A DNA stretch of 64,000 nt from Azolla caroliniana. Lineage: Eukaryota; Plantae; Polypodiophyta. The stretch's first letter is position 1, and each line of letters begins with the position of its first letter. Both the position numbers and the translations under genes were made by a program. The stretch covers positions 6,014,001 to 6,078,000 of the forward strand of contig JBHGNT010000008.1 in the NCBI GenBank assembly GCA_043228905.1, given 5' to 3'. The notes under the pieces are model-generated. The model saw only the letters and a program-made list of their open reading frames with translations, was not told the DNA's origin and searched no databases. Shown here in pieces: positions 13,446 to 26,224 of this stretch.

Positions 13446-14519
13446 GGCTGTTACCACCACAGTATGGCATTTGACCCCCCCTCCAAAAAAAGCCATGTAT
13501 ATATACAGAGAGGACTATATGAACGAATACATGCGTAGAAATCCCTATGAATATCCTTATCCTTAATGTGAAGTCTGATACATATTGCCATATATGTACA
13601 TACATACATACATACATACATACATACATAGACATATATGTACATGCATATATGTGTGTCTATATGCATGGGTATATATGTATATGTATGTATGCCTTGT
13701 CACTACCAAATTGAGCCAAGAGTTAAAAATTATAAGTCAGCTTGGTGCTTGTCTAGAGAAACCAGAAAAAGAAGTGTATATAGTTCTGAGTTTTTTTATC
13801 AGTGAGCTTTTTATCTTTTTTCTTTGTTTTTTCTCTTGATGAAAATTTTAGGAGTGTTTTTGTTTTTGTCATGTATATAAATCTTGATCAGAACTTGTTT
13901 GTCTTTTTTTTTAATCAAAGATATTGAAAGTCATTCCAAAGATGGATGTTTCTATCAAGTGTTTGTATAATAGTAACCAAACATATTATAGAAAGCTTTG
14001 ATTCTGTACCGTGATAAACTTCTCAAATTTAGTCCAAATATAATGCTTAAATCTTTGATCTGCTGTTAAAATCTGTGTTGGCATTGTGTTTTGGTCTTTT
14101 ATTTGTGTTATATGTATTGATGCAATTATATGAAGTGCTTGGGACCATAGACTTCTAATCCACAGGAGGACTATAGTAACAGATTTATCCATGTTTCAAT
14201 GAGATGATATCCTATGTGACCATCTATTTGAACCTTCTCGTGTAGCTTCTTTTCTTTGTTGAGAATGAGTCTTCTAACATACTCTTGAGGCTATTATACA
14301 TAAACCCATTTCACGAAGACTAATAAATACTTCCGTGAGGTGAAAAGATGCAAAATTAAAACAATTGTGACAAGAATTTTGTTTTTTGGTGTTCAAACAA
14401 TGAAATGTGAACATGAATTTATGAGGTTGAAACTCAAGATTCCTTTTTTATTGGAGGATGTGATGAGACCGAAATCATGGAAGCTGAAGAAGGGATGCCT
14501 TGAACTAGGAGATGAATGA

Positions 14520-14990
14520 GATGAGACAAAATTCAAGAAGAAGAAAAGATTAATCGGAAAAGAAAAGTTCTCGAGCGAAGCTTTAGGGGAAAATCCTTGA
14601 GTTTCAGTGCAATGTTCCAATGGTCGGTGATTGTGTCATCTCATGAGACAAAATTCATGAAGAAGAAAAGATTAATTGGAAAAGAGAAGTTCTCGAGTGA
14701 AGCTTTAGGGGAAAATCCTTGAGTTCAAGTGCAACGTCCCAACGGTTGGCGACCATGTCACCTCTTCTTGATGTTGGTCTTGTGTGCCCTCTTGATTCAC
14801 CACCCTAACTTACTGTCGGTGACCACATCACCCCTTGAGACAAAATTCAAGAAGAAAAGAATAATCGGAATAGTAAAGTTCTCGAGTGACGCTTTAGGGG
14901 AAAATCCTCGAGTTTTAGTGCAACGTCCCAATGGTTAGCGACCATGTCACCTCTTGTCGATGTTGGTCTTGCACGCCCTCTTGATTCACA
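14520..14990. repeat. Three imperfect direct repeats, probably retroelement-derived
   Basis: GAGACAAAATTCAAGAAGAA...AAGTTCTCGAG-GA-GCTTTAGGGGAAAATCCT...GTGCAA at about 14523, 14645 and 14837. Confidence 0.8.
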
Positions 14991-15720
14991 ACCTTAACTC
15001 TTTCTTTTGAAATCTTGCTTCTCAATTTGGCAGAGCTTCCACATCTCTCTCTTCTTCATGACTGGAGTGTTGCATGCCAAATGCTTAACATAGACTGATC
15101 TAGAACCTAAACCGATGGTTCCTCATCTCTCTTCTTCCAACAACACGACCACCATTCTTTCCACCATAGCCATGAAGACCATCCAATCTACCAAACTTTG
15201 TACCTATATTGCCTCTTTTTTGGAGTCTTTTTTGTTATCTTTGGCACTTCCTTTTTTTGAGCATAAACCATCATATAGGATAATTGTGTCATCCTTATCT
15301 CTACTCCTCGAATCATCGTATGAACTCTTCCCATCTCTTCTCATTCTCCATGAGTTGATGGTGCACACTAACTTGAATTCATTGACTACGATATGAGGAC
15401 TTAAATCGAGAGTTGGCATAAAATTGATTATGGGCTCAATCCTACAACCTTCTTTGACTTCTTCCACTTCATGGGCTCGTGTATCACATTTTTCCTCTTT
15501 TGGTTCTACTCAACTTGTTCCACTTGACAAAAATTTGAGATTCAAATGATATGCCAACCTTCCATTCCTTGAAATATTCCAATTCAATAATCGTTTCATC
15601 AAACTTTATATGTATGCCTCCTTCGCCATCCTTTTTTGCTAGGGCTGGTAATATAATGCATTGGCCTTCCATCACTATCATATGGTTGCCATTGTCGCAT
15701 TTGAGGTATGCATATGTTAG

Positions 15721-16036
15721 TGTTGAGAATCAAACTCAACTTCCCTAGTGTGTGAACGTACCTTAGGAATAGCCAAGTGTGTGAACATCCTACCACTTTG
15801 TATCATAACTAATGTGTCATAGAAGTGAAGTCCTATGACACATAGTTACTAGGTAGTTAAGTCTCCACCTCCTTCCTAAGAGGTGATTCTAGTGAGAGAA
15901 CATAGAGAGAAGGTGACTACACAAGCACTTTCTCCTCTTCTTTGTAAGTGTTGTTGGTTGTTTATTCTCTTGTTATTAAATACAATTATAGTGTTTTCTG
16001 TATACCTTGTTCTCTCTCTCTCTCTCTCTCTCTCTC

Positions 16037-16084
<48 letters not shown>

Positions 16085-16691
16085 CTTCTACTGCATAGAA
16101 TCACACCCAATTCTTTACATAGTATCAGAGCGATTGGTAGCTTGATCCAAGCCCATCCACGTTTGTGTGCTTACATTGACGTTCACGAAGAACCGGCCAA
16201 TCGATGTAGGAAAAACCTTGCATAGTTCATATCATAGAGAAGAAGAAATCACAAGTCGACCATCATGAACACTTAGATGGGCAACTCTCTCCCCAACGAA
16301 AAGCTGGACAGAAACAACTTCGCATCTTGGGAGTACAAGATGCACCAACACCTTGTCAACCAAGGCTATTGCAATTACATTGAGGGAATACAAGAAACAC
16401 AACCCAACCCAACACACGCTGACTACCCAGCATGGGAGCAAGTGGCAAGTCGTGTGTTGTACTGCCTTCATGCGTTCGTGATCACATGTTATGATATATT
16501 TGAGAGGCCAAAATGCCAAAGGAGGCATGGGGAAACCTCAAAAAGATATTCGTGGCCAACACAACTGCACAAAAACTTCAACTCTGTCAAGAGTTGAACA
16601 ATATCCAACAGAGGCATATGTCAATCGGTAGTTACACCTTGAAGATCAAGGAGCTGTGCAACTTCCTCAGGTCGATCAATGTCAACATTGA
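15721..16691 (+). mobile_element. Ty1/copia element A: 5' LTR, PBS and truncated gag
   Basis: LTR TGTTGAGAAT...TTCTTTACA 15721-16119; PBS variant TAGTATCAGAGC 16120-16131 (tRNA-iMet type); frameshifted gag MGNSLPNEKLDRNNFASWEYKM from 16277; cut at 16691 by element B. Confidence 0.88.
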
Positions 16692-19600
16692 TGGTGAGAG
16701 ACAAGCTCAAAATTCGGTGCGTAACCCAGTGCGTAAAACCGTGCGCACAATAGGCCATACCGGTGCGTAAACCACGAGGCCGTTGGAAAGATATTCCGAG
16801 TAGGAATATATTTTGGGAGTTAGTGTAGAGCTCACTTATGAGCATTGAAGTACGTGTCAGTACTTCTGTCAGTCCGTATGGACTTGTATAAAAGTGCTCA
16901 CTGAGCACATCCTATGTACAGATTAAGTATTATTTTTGAATAGAGTTTTGTGTGCTCTCTCTCTGTCTATCTATCTCTCCCGCGTATTATGTACACTCAA
17001 GCTCTCCATTAAACCCGCGTTCCTGTGTTTGGTTTTCTATTGCTTCCGCACACTATTCTTTTTACATGGTATCAGAGCGTGAGGGTTGAGAACCTCTACA
17101 ACCGACCTTAGCTCAAAGAAGAAAACCTAACCTTTGTAAAGAACAAGAAAAACAAATGGATAGAGGCATGGCTAGCTCGCTTCCTACCGAGAAGCTCGAC
17201 AGAAACAAATACGCATCTTGGTCCAACAAGATGCACCAGTACCTGCTCGGGCACGAGTACTGGAGCTATGTCGAAGGAGCAAATGACACAACACCCAATT
17301 TGACACACAAAGACTTCCCGGCGTGGGAACAGTCGGCGAGTAGAGTCCTCTACTGCTTCGCGTCTTGTGTGGGCGAACAACTCCTAAGCTACATTCGGGA
17401 TGCAAAAACGCCGAAGGATGCTTGGGGAAATCTGAAGAAGATTTTCTCAGCAAGCACCACAACCAGGAAGCTTCAACTCCGACAGAAGCTGAGCAACTTA
17501 CGACAACGCGACTTGTTGGTGGCTGATTACACCCCGAAGATCAAAGAGATATGCGACTCCTTAGCCTCTATCAATGTGAATGTCGAGGAAGGCGAGATGG
17601 TGCAGATCTGTCTCGGGGGACTAGCGTCGAAGTTCGGAGCGTTCCGAACTGCTGTGTGTACACTGGAGAATACACCGTCGTTTTTCGACTTACAGTCGAT
17701 GCTCCTTATAGAGGAGAACCACGCGGGTGCATCGGCCAACAACAAGATGTTATACACGGAGGGAGATAGGCCCTGTGGTCGTGGCGGACGAGGAGAGTCG
17801 GTACGCAATGGAAGCGACCGACGGGACCAAGGAAGAAGGCACCGAAGTGATGCCGCTAGCAAATTCGGACCCTCCGGAAACAGGGGGAGTCGAGGTGATG
17901 AGAACTGGCAAGGGAAATCCGCCGCGGAATACTGGTACTGTGGCAAGAAAAAGCGCGCCGATTCGGAGAGAACCGGGTCCGGATCAGGTTCTGGACAGAC
18001 CGACAAAGGAAATCGGCAATGATCGCACTACGTCGAAGAATCCGGAAAAGCCGCAAAAGGGTCAACCTTCATGACGAGACACAAAGCAAACTTGATGAAG
18101 GTGTCCACCCCGAAATCGGACGAGGTGTGGTATGTTGACTCTAGCGCGTCAAACCACATGACATGCCACAAGGAGTGGTTCTCGTACCTGGAAAAACCAA
18201 CGCAATCGGGAGTAGTCGCAACCGGAGACGACACTCCACAACCGATCGCGAATGTCAGTGAACGCGAATGTCAGTGAAGTTCCCTTGAGCTATGTCGGGC
18301 AGAAAGGGAAACTCATGAACGTGTTACACGTCCCAACGATCACGAAGAATTTGGTGTTGGTCGGGCAGATCGTCGACCAGGGGATGCAAATCCGGTTCAC
18401 GCATCTCGGGTGCTTCATCGAGGAAGAAGGCCGAGTTATTGCGTAAGGGCACAGAGACGGGAGGATGTTTATCCTTGACTCTAGTGACGGTGGCACCACA
18501 ATGTTCGCGAAAGGACAAAAAGTCGAGTCTGATATCGACTTATGGCACAAGCGGATAGGCCATGTCAACTATCAATGGCTTCAGGACCTGCAATTGAAAC
18601 AAGTTGTGTTCGGATTGCCCAAATTTAGTGGCCGGAAGGCACAAATTTGTGAAGCCTGCCAGCTAGGGAAGCAACACCGACTTCCATTCCCTAACAAGCG
18701 TAACCGGAGCCGGAACAAGCTCGACTTGATACATTCCGATGTATGGGGGCCGTCAAAATGTTAATCTTGGCGGGAGTCGATATTTTGTCTCTTTCATCGA
18801 CGACTATATGCGGCACACGTGGATCTACCTCATCGAGAAGAAGAGTGAAGTCTTTGAGTGTTTCCGTGACCTCAAGAGTTTCGTCAAAAGGGAAACAGGA
18901 AGAAAGGTGAAGTCCCTGGGGTTGGATGGCGGAAAAGAGTACTTTTTTGGTCAATTCAACGAGTATCTACAATAGATGGGAATTCGACGCGAATTCAGTT
19001 ACAGATATACGTCGGAGCAAAACGACGTTGCCGAAAGAAAAAATCGGTCGATTGTGGAAGCGGCGTGGGCAATGCGGGAAGAAAAGAGCTTGCCCAAGTT
19101 CTATTGGGCCGAGACGGTACGAACCACGGTGTACATCCAAAATCGGATTGGAGACAATGTGTCGACACATGAGCTGTATTTTGGAAGGAAGCCAAATCTA
19201 CGACACTTGAGATTTTTTGGTAGCATTGCGTATGTGCATGTGCCGAAGGAGAAACAGAGGAAGTTGGACGTGAAAGCCGAGAAGTGTATCTTGGTCGGCT
19301 ATTCGGACGAGCAGAAGGGTTATACGCGTTATAACCCTCGCACCAAACAAGGGCGCGTGAGCCGCGACGTTGTGTTTGACGAGTCCGCATCCTGGTACTT
19401 GCCTCTGACTCTGGACCTCAACTCCAATCCGAGCTTTGATGATGAGGTCAAAGAGGCTGAAGTGCCTCTGGATGAGGATGAAATCGGGACCCTCGAAGAG
19501 AGTCCGATCTCGTTTCGGTTAAGTGGACCGAATGAGCGACTGGGTTGGTTTGACTAGTCCGAATAAGGGCCGGCGAGTAGTGGAGACTCGACTGTGCATT

Positions 19601-20393
19601 CTCTGCACGGAAGGCCGAGGAGACGTCTCACGCACAAGGAAAAAGGGAAGAAGAAGGTGTCGGATTACGACACGGATAGGAAAGAGTCAGATCGACGCGA
19701 GTCCGACTCCGAGGAAAGTCGTGACGGGTCTTCAAGAGTGAAGTGCGCGTCGGCCAAAAAAGCCTTGACATCGGCTAATGAGCAATTACACCGATCTATC
19801 CGCCAGAAGAACCCTGTTGTGTGGTTCGGATACAACGAGTACATGGTGCATCACTATGCATACATGACGTGGGTGGTGGAAGTGCGTGAGCCGGAGAGCT
19901 ACGTAGAAGCAGCGAAGGATGCGAATTGGCGCGCCGCAATGGAGGAAGAGATGCGGGCATTGGCGGAAAATGAAACCTGGGACACGATTGACGCATTGAA
20001 AGGTGTGAAGCCGATCGGATGTAGGTGGGTGTACAAGGTCAAGTACAACACTGACGGCTCGGTCAACCGATACAAGGCCCGGTTAGTAGCCAAAGGCTAC
20101 GCGCAGCAACACAACATCGACTACGATGAGACGTTTGCACCGGTCGCGAAGATGATGACTGTCCGCGTTTTGCTCGTAGTAGTTGCGGCGAAGGGGTGGC
20201 ACTTACATCAGATGGATGTAAAGAATGTGTTCATGCAAGGTGAGCTTGAGGAACAAGTGTACATGGTACAACCCCCCGGATTTCACTCCGGAACAAACAC
20301 CTCGGCGGTGTGCCAGTTGAAGAAGTCCCTTTATGGACTAAAGCAAGCCCCGCGTGCCTGGAACACGAAGATCACGCAACGATTGCGTCAGAT
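16692..20393 (+). mobile_element. Ty1/copia element B (5' LTR, PBS, gag-PR-INT-RT), decayed and 3'-truncated
   Basis: LTR 16692-17066 ending TTTACA; PBS TGGTATCAGAGC 17067-17078; gag 17156-18022; protease WYVDSSASNHMT; GAG-pre-integrase LWHKRIGH; integrase HSDVWGP; RT YKARLVAKGY and LKKSLYGLKQAPRAW. Several stops and frameshifts; interrupted at 20394. Confidence 0.95.
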
Positions 20394-21046
20394 TGTTAAG
20401 GATCTATGTATCGATGGAGTAAGCTCCTCGATGTCGTGGCGGGATTCGGACCGGCGTATACCCTCTTGATGGCGAATCGGGCGGAGATGGTTGTCGGATA
20501 CCTCCGAGCCTCACACTCACTTAACGATTAGTAAATGATTGAGCACAATATCTCTCTCACTCTCTCAAGCTCTCTCTCATAGACAATAGGTTAATAGATA
20601 TAGACAATAAGAAGGAAGAGTATGTTTATTAACCCTCTTTGCTAAGAGGTCTAGCACCAACAAGGAGAGAGATTAGTGTTCTCTAACTAAACACCTCACT
20701 AATGTCTCTTAAGCTCAAAGGTTACGAGGAGGAGAGGAAGCTCTAGCTCTAATCAATAGGAGATCTTTACAAATGGGAGAACCCTTCTAAAGCCACCACC
20801 ATGTGGTTTATATAGTATTTACATTTAGGGTATGGACCTTTCACACTTTGATGTCTTTTAGCCCTCTTTCCTCTTGTCATTCCCTCTTTGTAGGTCCTTT
20901 AGCCATATTGTGCCCTTGTTGATGCGCTCTTCTTCACGACTGGTCGTGGTGCTATCCAAGGGCTTAACATCCCCCCCAACCTAATGAGTGCACACTCCCG
21001 GGTGCACTGTGGGAGGGGAGCTTTGAGAGGTAGTTCTATGGGGCAT

Positions 21047-23002
21047 TCAGGCTCTTAGTTGCCAAGTCCGGTCGGGGCCTATGGCCTTAACCTGGGCGGG
21101 GTATTTGGTCGATGTGCGCAGTTGTCGGGTGTCCCATGCAGTCGTGGTATAGTTGTGGGTGGGAAGCCGGCTTCGTTTCGGGACCCAGAAGCTAGTGGCA
21201 CCTTTGTGCCAACCTTGGGCGTTTGTGAGTGCTTTTCTGACTCGCCAAATAACACGTTCTCTGCGGCGTGGTCCTTCAGTGAAAGTTGCGTGGATGTTCA
21301 CCCATTTGTGTGGCGGAGATGTCTTTGTTCCGATGTTAGCGTTTCTCTGGTCGTGGGTGGCCGATGGTTGTGCGTGTTCTTTTTGGTTGGCTGGGTTCGC
21401 GCTCTCGAGTTCGTCGACATTGGTGGGGCGTGATTCGAGAGTTGTTGTAACAAGTTTCTCAGACCTCACACCATTTGCAGTTTGGAAGGAGACGATGTTC
21501 TTGCTTGGCGACAGGAGGCATTCGCTTATGTAACACCAATCCAAACCGAGGAGGCACGGGGTGTACAACACTTTTGGTGGGAGGACCCAAACGCAAATTG
21601 AGTGGTCACTATATTTTGTCTTGATGTTACACACGAAGGTTCCGAGGCAGGGCGATGTAGAACCATTGAAGCCAAAGAATTTGTCGTTGTATACTTCGAG
21701 GTTTGGGGAACCTAGATGTTCCCACGTTTCGAAGGAGAAAAGGGTTAGTGATGGTCCAATGTCGATCACCACTGTTAGAGGTACATTGTTGGCGAAGCAT
21801 GGTAGGTGTGTCATCACGTCAGTAGAGGTGCTTTGTGGTCTCTTACAAGCCACCACCCTACTCCCTTGTTCATAGAGTCTGAATTGTTCCAGGAAGTCCA
21901 CCTCTGTCGAGGTCTGCCGAGTGGCCACATCCTCTTCCTGGCGCGTGATTCGTTGCGCTAGGCCTACGTCTCTTACGTCTACCTGTTTTCGTCGGGTTAC
22001 AAGAGTGGTGACATTAAAACATGAGATCGTGTCTCCATCCTCATGGTGACACTTTGTACCAATAGGGTACATTGCATCGGTCATGGCGAGGGTGTGCACC
22101 CAATTCATCTCTGACGCATCGGAGGCTACGGATTGGTCTTCTCTTTCTCTTGCGTTCTCCGCCTTAGGATTAGTAGATTTTTGAGGAAACGGCTGACCGC
22201 TAGCCAAGATTTGGACTGTCTTTGTAGGGTTACACGTTAGGAGGTTAGTCTTGAACTCGGTGGTTTCTGACCAGTCGTCCACGAGAGGGTTGCCTTCTTG
22301 TTCGTGCACCTTTTGTGTGTATGCTTTGATGCGGAAGGTTTTGTTGTTTTTGCGCATGTAGATTGTATCATTCCAAAAATCCATGAAGAGCCGGCTTACA
22401 CGTAGGAATGGTCTCCCTAGTAAACACTCGTAAGCCACATGATTGGATGATCTTGTGATGATGAAGGTGAGATTGAACTCGACCCCGTGGATGGTGAAGT
22501 GGTGTGCAGGGATCATGCCTTCTGGCCGTTGGATAGACCCATCTGCCATTCGAAGTTTAACGTCCGAAGGAAACATTTTTGGGCTCCCCCACTTACACCA
22601 ACCTTCATAGCTGACTATGCTTACCCCCGCTCCAGTGTCGATGATTGCGTCACATGTCGTGCCGTTGACGCAGACGGGGAGAGTGAAACTAGTGTCGTCA
22701 CTCTCGAAGTGAGCTTCACATATATCGACCAACGTTCCTTGGGGTTGTTTGGAGACTGTGATCGTATGAGGGATGAGTGTGTGTATCTTTTCTCCATAAC
22801 CCGCTGATAGGCCTCCATTGAGGCGCCGAAGGACGTCGTGCCATGGTTGGATGTCGAGTTGGAGCAGCTCTTCAAGTGTGAACTCTATTTCCTTGGCGAG
22901 TATAGGTTGTAGTTGGGGGTTGTCAGTCACGAAGGTGCCGGTGTAGCTCTGTACTTCGCGTAATATGAGTCGTAATTTCAAATTTAATATTTGTTGGAGC
23001 AA
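21047..23002 (-). pseudogene. Retroelement polyprotein segment with two retropepsin domains
   Basis: AIIDTGAGVSIVS...CLLGRPFL (Asp codon 22637-22639) and VVIDIGPSLTLFS...CLLGLDW (Asp codon 21761-21763). The reading frame continues upstream past a stop toward gag. Confidence 0.8.
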
Positions 23003-23387
23003 GACTGTGTTGACTTCTTTGATTGGGGTAGATTGGGAGATGGGAGTGTTGGTTGGTGTTACAATGAGGGGGGGTGTACCCGTGTGTTGGGGTGGAGGAT
23101 TTACCCATTCTTCGAGTTGGTCGAAGTTTAGGCTCGGAAGACTAAGCGATCTTTCGCACTATTCGTGTCGGATGAGTTTGATGTACTCTTCGACCTTTTG
23201 TTTTTCAGCTACTGGGTTTGGGTATGCTGCTAGGTGTGCCGACAGCTCTTGGTTAGGGTTGACGGGTATTGTTTCTACGTCTCCCTCCGGTTCTTGTTCT
23301 TGCTTTGAGGCCTGCGTGGATGCATTTTTTTGGGATTTTCGTCTCTTACGCGTAGTCGTGGGGAGGCCTTGGTCATGATACTTTAAG

Positions 23388-25109
23388 TTATGAGCTATTC
23401 TTTGAGCTCATGTGATGACGTTGGCGCCAACCATTGATGGTACAATAGATAACAGGTTTGCACCAATCCTTTTCTTTTTTTTCTGGGCAATCGGGTACTA
23501 AGTGATCTTTACCACACCTTGGGCATGATGCTTCTCTTTGGAACCACTCGATAACGTCCTGTGATTGTTGAGTGAGACTTTGCACCGGTGGTTGTGGGGT
23601 TGTTTCGAGTGAGGGGTGTCGTGGTCGTTGTGCCATCGGGTTGTAGTATTGATGTTTGGTTGGGCACTCGCTAACCATGTGTGGACCTTGGCAATTGAAA
23701 CATTTTAATTCTGGCCTCCTTAGACCACTATTGCTGCGATATCCCGTCGACGGCTCCTGTTGTTCTCATCTCAAGACCTACACTGGTATTTGGTCGCCTT
23801 CGAAGTAGACAAAGTGGGAAAGCACCTCTTCTTCAACACCATACCCCCGGTATGCTTCATATTCAGGGGTGCCCCCCCCCCCCCCCCCCCGCCCCCCAAG
23901 CTGAGTTTGGTTATCTGTGGTATATTCTAGTTCGGCGAGGCGAGTGCCAATACGCGGTAGTGGGGGTTGTTGGGGAAGTATTGCTGGTAGTTGTGGGCGG
24001 CTAAATGGTGGAGGTGAGTGTGGGTGCTCTACCATTGGTGTTTGGCTATACCTTCCGTTTGGGGCTTGCCAGCAGTTCTCTTGAGAATGCATCACAAAAG
24101 CTTTGCACCACTTACAATATTGTGGCCGTTGTTGGTGGAGGAGGGGGCACTCATGCCCCGTGTGATGGCCATGGCATACTGTACACCTTACATTTTCTCT
24201 TTGGGTGTATGCTTGGGGTCTTTCTATACGGGGTGGTATCGGTGGCATGGGTAGAGTGGGGTCCGAGGGCTGCTCACGGTTTTTCGTAGGCTCTTGAGTG
24301 GGTATCCGTAACCCACTCATTGAATCCTCGAAAGTCATCACTACCGTGCAAGCTTCAACGAACGACCGACACATCCTGGCAATCAAGAAGTTTTGGAGCG
24401 TCAGATCGGACAACCCATTGATGAAGCGGCTCATCAATTTGTCATCTAACATCTTGTCGCTCGGGCTACAACGATGGTGCATGCTTTTCGTGCAGCGTAT
24501 GTAGTCCCTGACCGTCTCGTTCGCTTCTTGCTTGAGGGCGAAAAGTTGGTCGATCGGGTTCCATTTATTCCCTCGACGAGCGAAGTTTATCAAGAAATCT
24601 TCAATGATGTACCTGAAGTCCGCGACGATGTCTTCATTCAAGGTTCTAAACCAAATTCCGGCTTGGTCATCAAGTGTAAGCCCAAATGTGGCTACTTTGG
24701 TGGTCTCTGTGAGGGGTTCATAAGCGTGACATATCTGTTTGAACCTCTCGACGTGATCATAGGCATCACTGAAACCGAGAAAACGGGGTACTAGTTTAGA
24801 AATGGAAGCACTCTTCCCGCTGTCGTTTGTAGGGTTTCACGAATGGTCCGTAGGTGCTCACTCATTTTCCATCAATGCCACGAGGGTTTGGATGGATTGT
24901 AACGCTAGTGCGAGTTCGGCGTTTGGGGATGTCGAGGCAGTTTGGTCGGGTGTAGGGGTCGTGTCCATACGTGGTGGTGTTGGGTGTCGTTGTGTGTGGG
25001 CTTCATTTGGACTGTCGCTCGTTGTGCTCGAATGCGGCGCGGGGTTGCGCTCATGGCCTCGACAGTGCGTATGTGACAATGCTTCTAGGAGGTGAAGTTT
25101 CTGTTGCAC
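23388..25109 (-). pseudogene. Ty3-type Gag with multiple CCHC knuckles (disrupted)
   Basis: PRFLGFSDAYDHVERFKQIC...FGLTLDDQAGIWFRTL...LKQEANETVRDY...RFINGL. Knuckles CTVCHGHHTGHEC, CKWCKAFVMHSQENC, CFNCQGPHMVSEC, CPRCGKDHLVPDC. In-frame TGA stops. Confidence 0.85.
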
Positions 25110-25514
25110 TCATGCGAATCTGTCTTTCCTTTCTGCCAAAGCGGCTTCGATATCTTGGGTGATGCTTTCCGGTTGTCCTCCTTCCGTGAGTTGTACCGCC
25201 CATATATTGATTTCTTGTTCTATCACCCGTAACTCTTGTGCGGCATCCCGTATGTGTGCGGCATCCCATTGGGCTCTCCTGTAGTGGGGGCGTGGTGAGA
25301 GGTGCTTTAGTTCCCGGGCTCGATGGCAGGTTCATGTTTGGTAGCTTCCCCGGAGTTAGCCACCGTCCGTGGTACCGAGCCGGGTTAGGTGGGTCAACAT
25401 CGTGTGTTTGGTTGGTTTGGGTGGACCCTTCCTGGCGTGTGGGTCGGGTTTTGAACATCTCTGTCCATGAGGATCCGACCATGTTTTCTTGTCAAGCTTT
25501 TGCGGGTTCGTTGA

Positions 25515-25830
25515 ACCTTGATCTTCGTCGGGAGACGTGGGTTCGTAGAACTTTGATCTTTTGCCGAAGGATGTGGGTTCGTCGAACTTTGGTCTTTCGT
25601 CGGGAGACGTGGGTTCGTAGAACTTTGATCTTTTGCCGAAGGATGTGGGTTCGTCGAACTTTGCTCTTTCGTCGAATGATGAACCTTCGCCGAATGATGA
25701 ACCTTCATCGAATGATGAATGAGCCTTCGTCGAATGATGAACATTCGCCGAATGATGAAACTTCGTCGAATCATGAATGAGCCTTTGTTGAATGATGAGC
25801 CTTCGCCAAATGATGAAGGTTCGTGGAACT
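25515..25830. repeat. Tandem arrays (36/72-bp and ~18-21-bp units)
   Basis: GTGGGTTCGT(A/C)GAACTTTG units followed by CG(T/C)CGAATGATGAA units. Confidence 0.85.
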
Positions 25831-26021
25831 TTGCATGGGAAATTCAAACTTTTTGGCGCCAACGGTCGTTTTGTGTCCCGTGGGATGATCGTAAGCCGCG
25901 AGACTCGCAGTGGTTATGCTTGCCCTGTAACAGCTCAATCTCCACAATGTTTGGTGTTAACCGAACGAATCGCGTGTTGATGTCTGAGCGATTTAAGGGG
26001 GGTAGTTCAAAACTTCTTTTA

Positions 26022-26192
26022 AAAAAACAAAAAATTCAACTTAATTAAACTATGAAATAGTGAGAGAAAAACAAAAAATTCAACTTAATTAAACTATGAA
26101 ATAGTGAAAAAAAAACAGAAAATCAACTTAATTAAACTATGAATTAGTGGGGAAAAACAAAAAATTCAACTTAATTAAACTATGAAATAGTG
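26022..26192. repeat. ~42-bp tandem repeat x4
   Basis: AAAAACAAAAAATTCAACTTAATTAAACTATGAAATAGTG, four copies. Confidence 0.92.
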
Positions 26193-26224
26193 TCGAAAGA
26201 AGAAAAGTGAGTCGGCTTTCACAA

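Larger units (their letters stand above)
20394..26200 (-). mobile_element. Non-autonomous Ty3/gypsy-like LTR element (Gag, Zn knuckles, two aspartic protease domains; no RT/INT)
   Basis: 3' LTR 20394-20969 with TGTTAAG...CTTAACA termini; PPT (TCCCCCCC on +) from 20970; protease ORF 21047-23002; gag about 23390-25100; tandem arrays upstream. 5' LTR not found. Confidence 0.8.

Noticed and set aside
14990-15720. Possible gypsy gag remnant (RWEEFIR) on the minus strand; similar unassigned decay at 29560-30060
   Set aside because: Too degenerate to assign with confidence.
17527-18006. Antisense ORFs over copia and gypsy coding regions (here and many others)
   Set aside because: Shadow ORFs of GC-rich retroelement genes with no independent motifs.
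26022-26192. 42-bp repeats as a CRISPR-like array
   Set aside because: Head-to-tail copies with only a few variable bases between them; located inside a retroelement.
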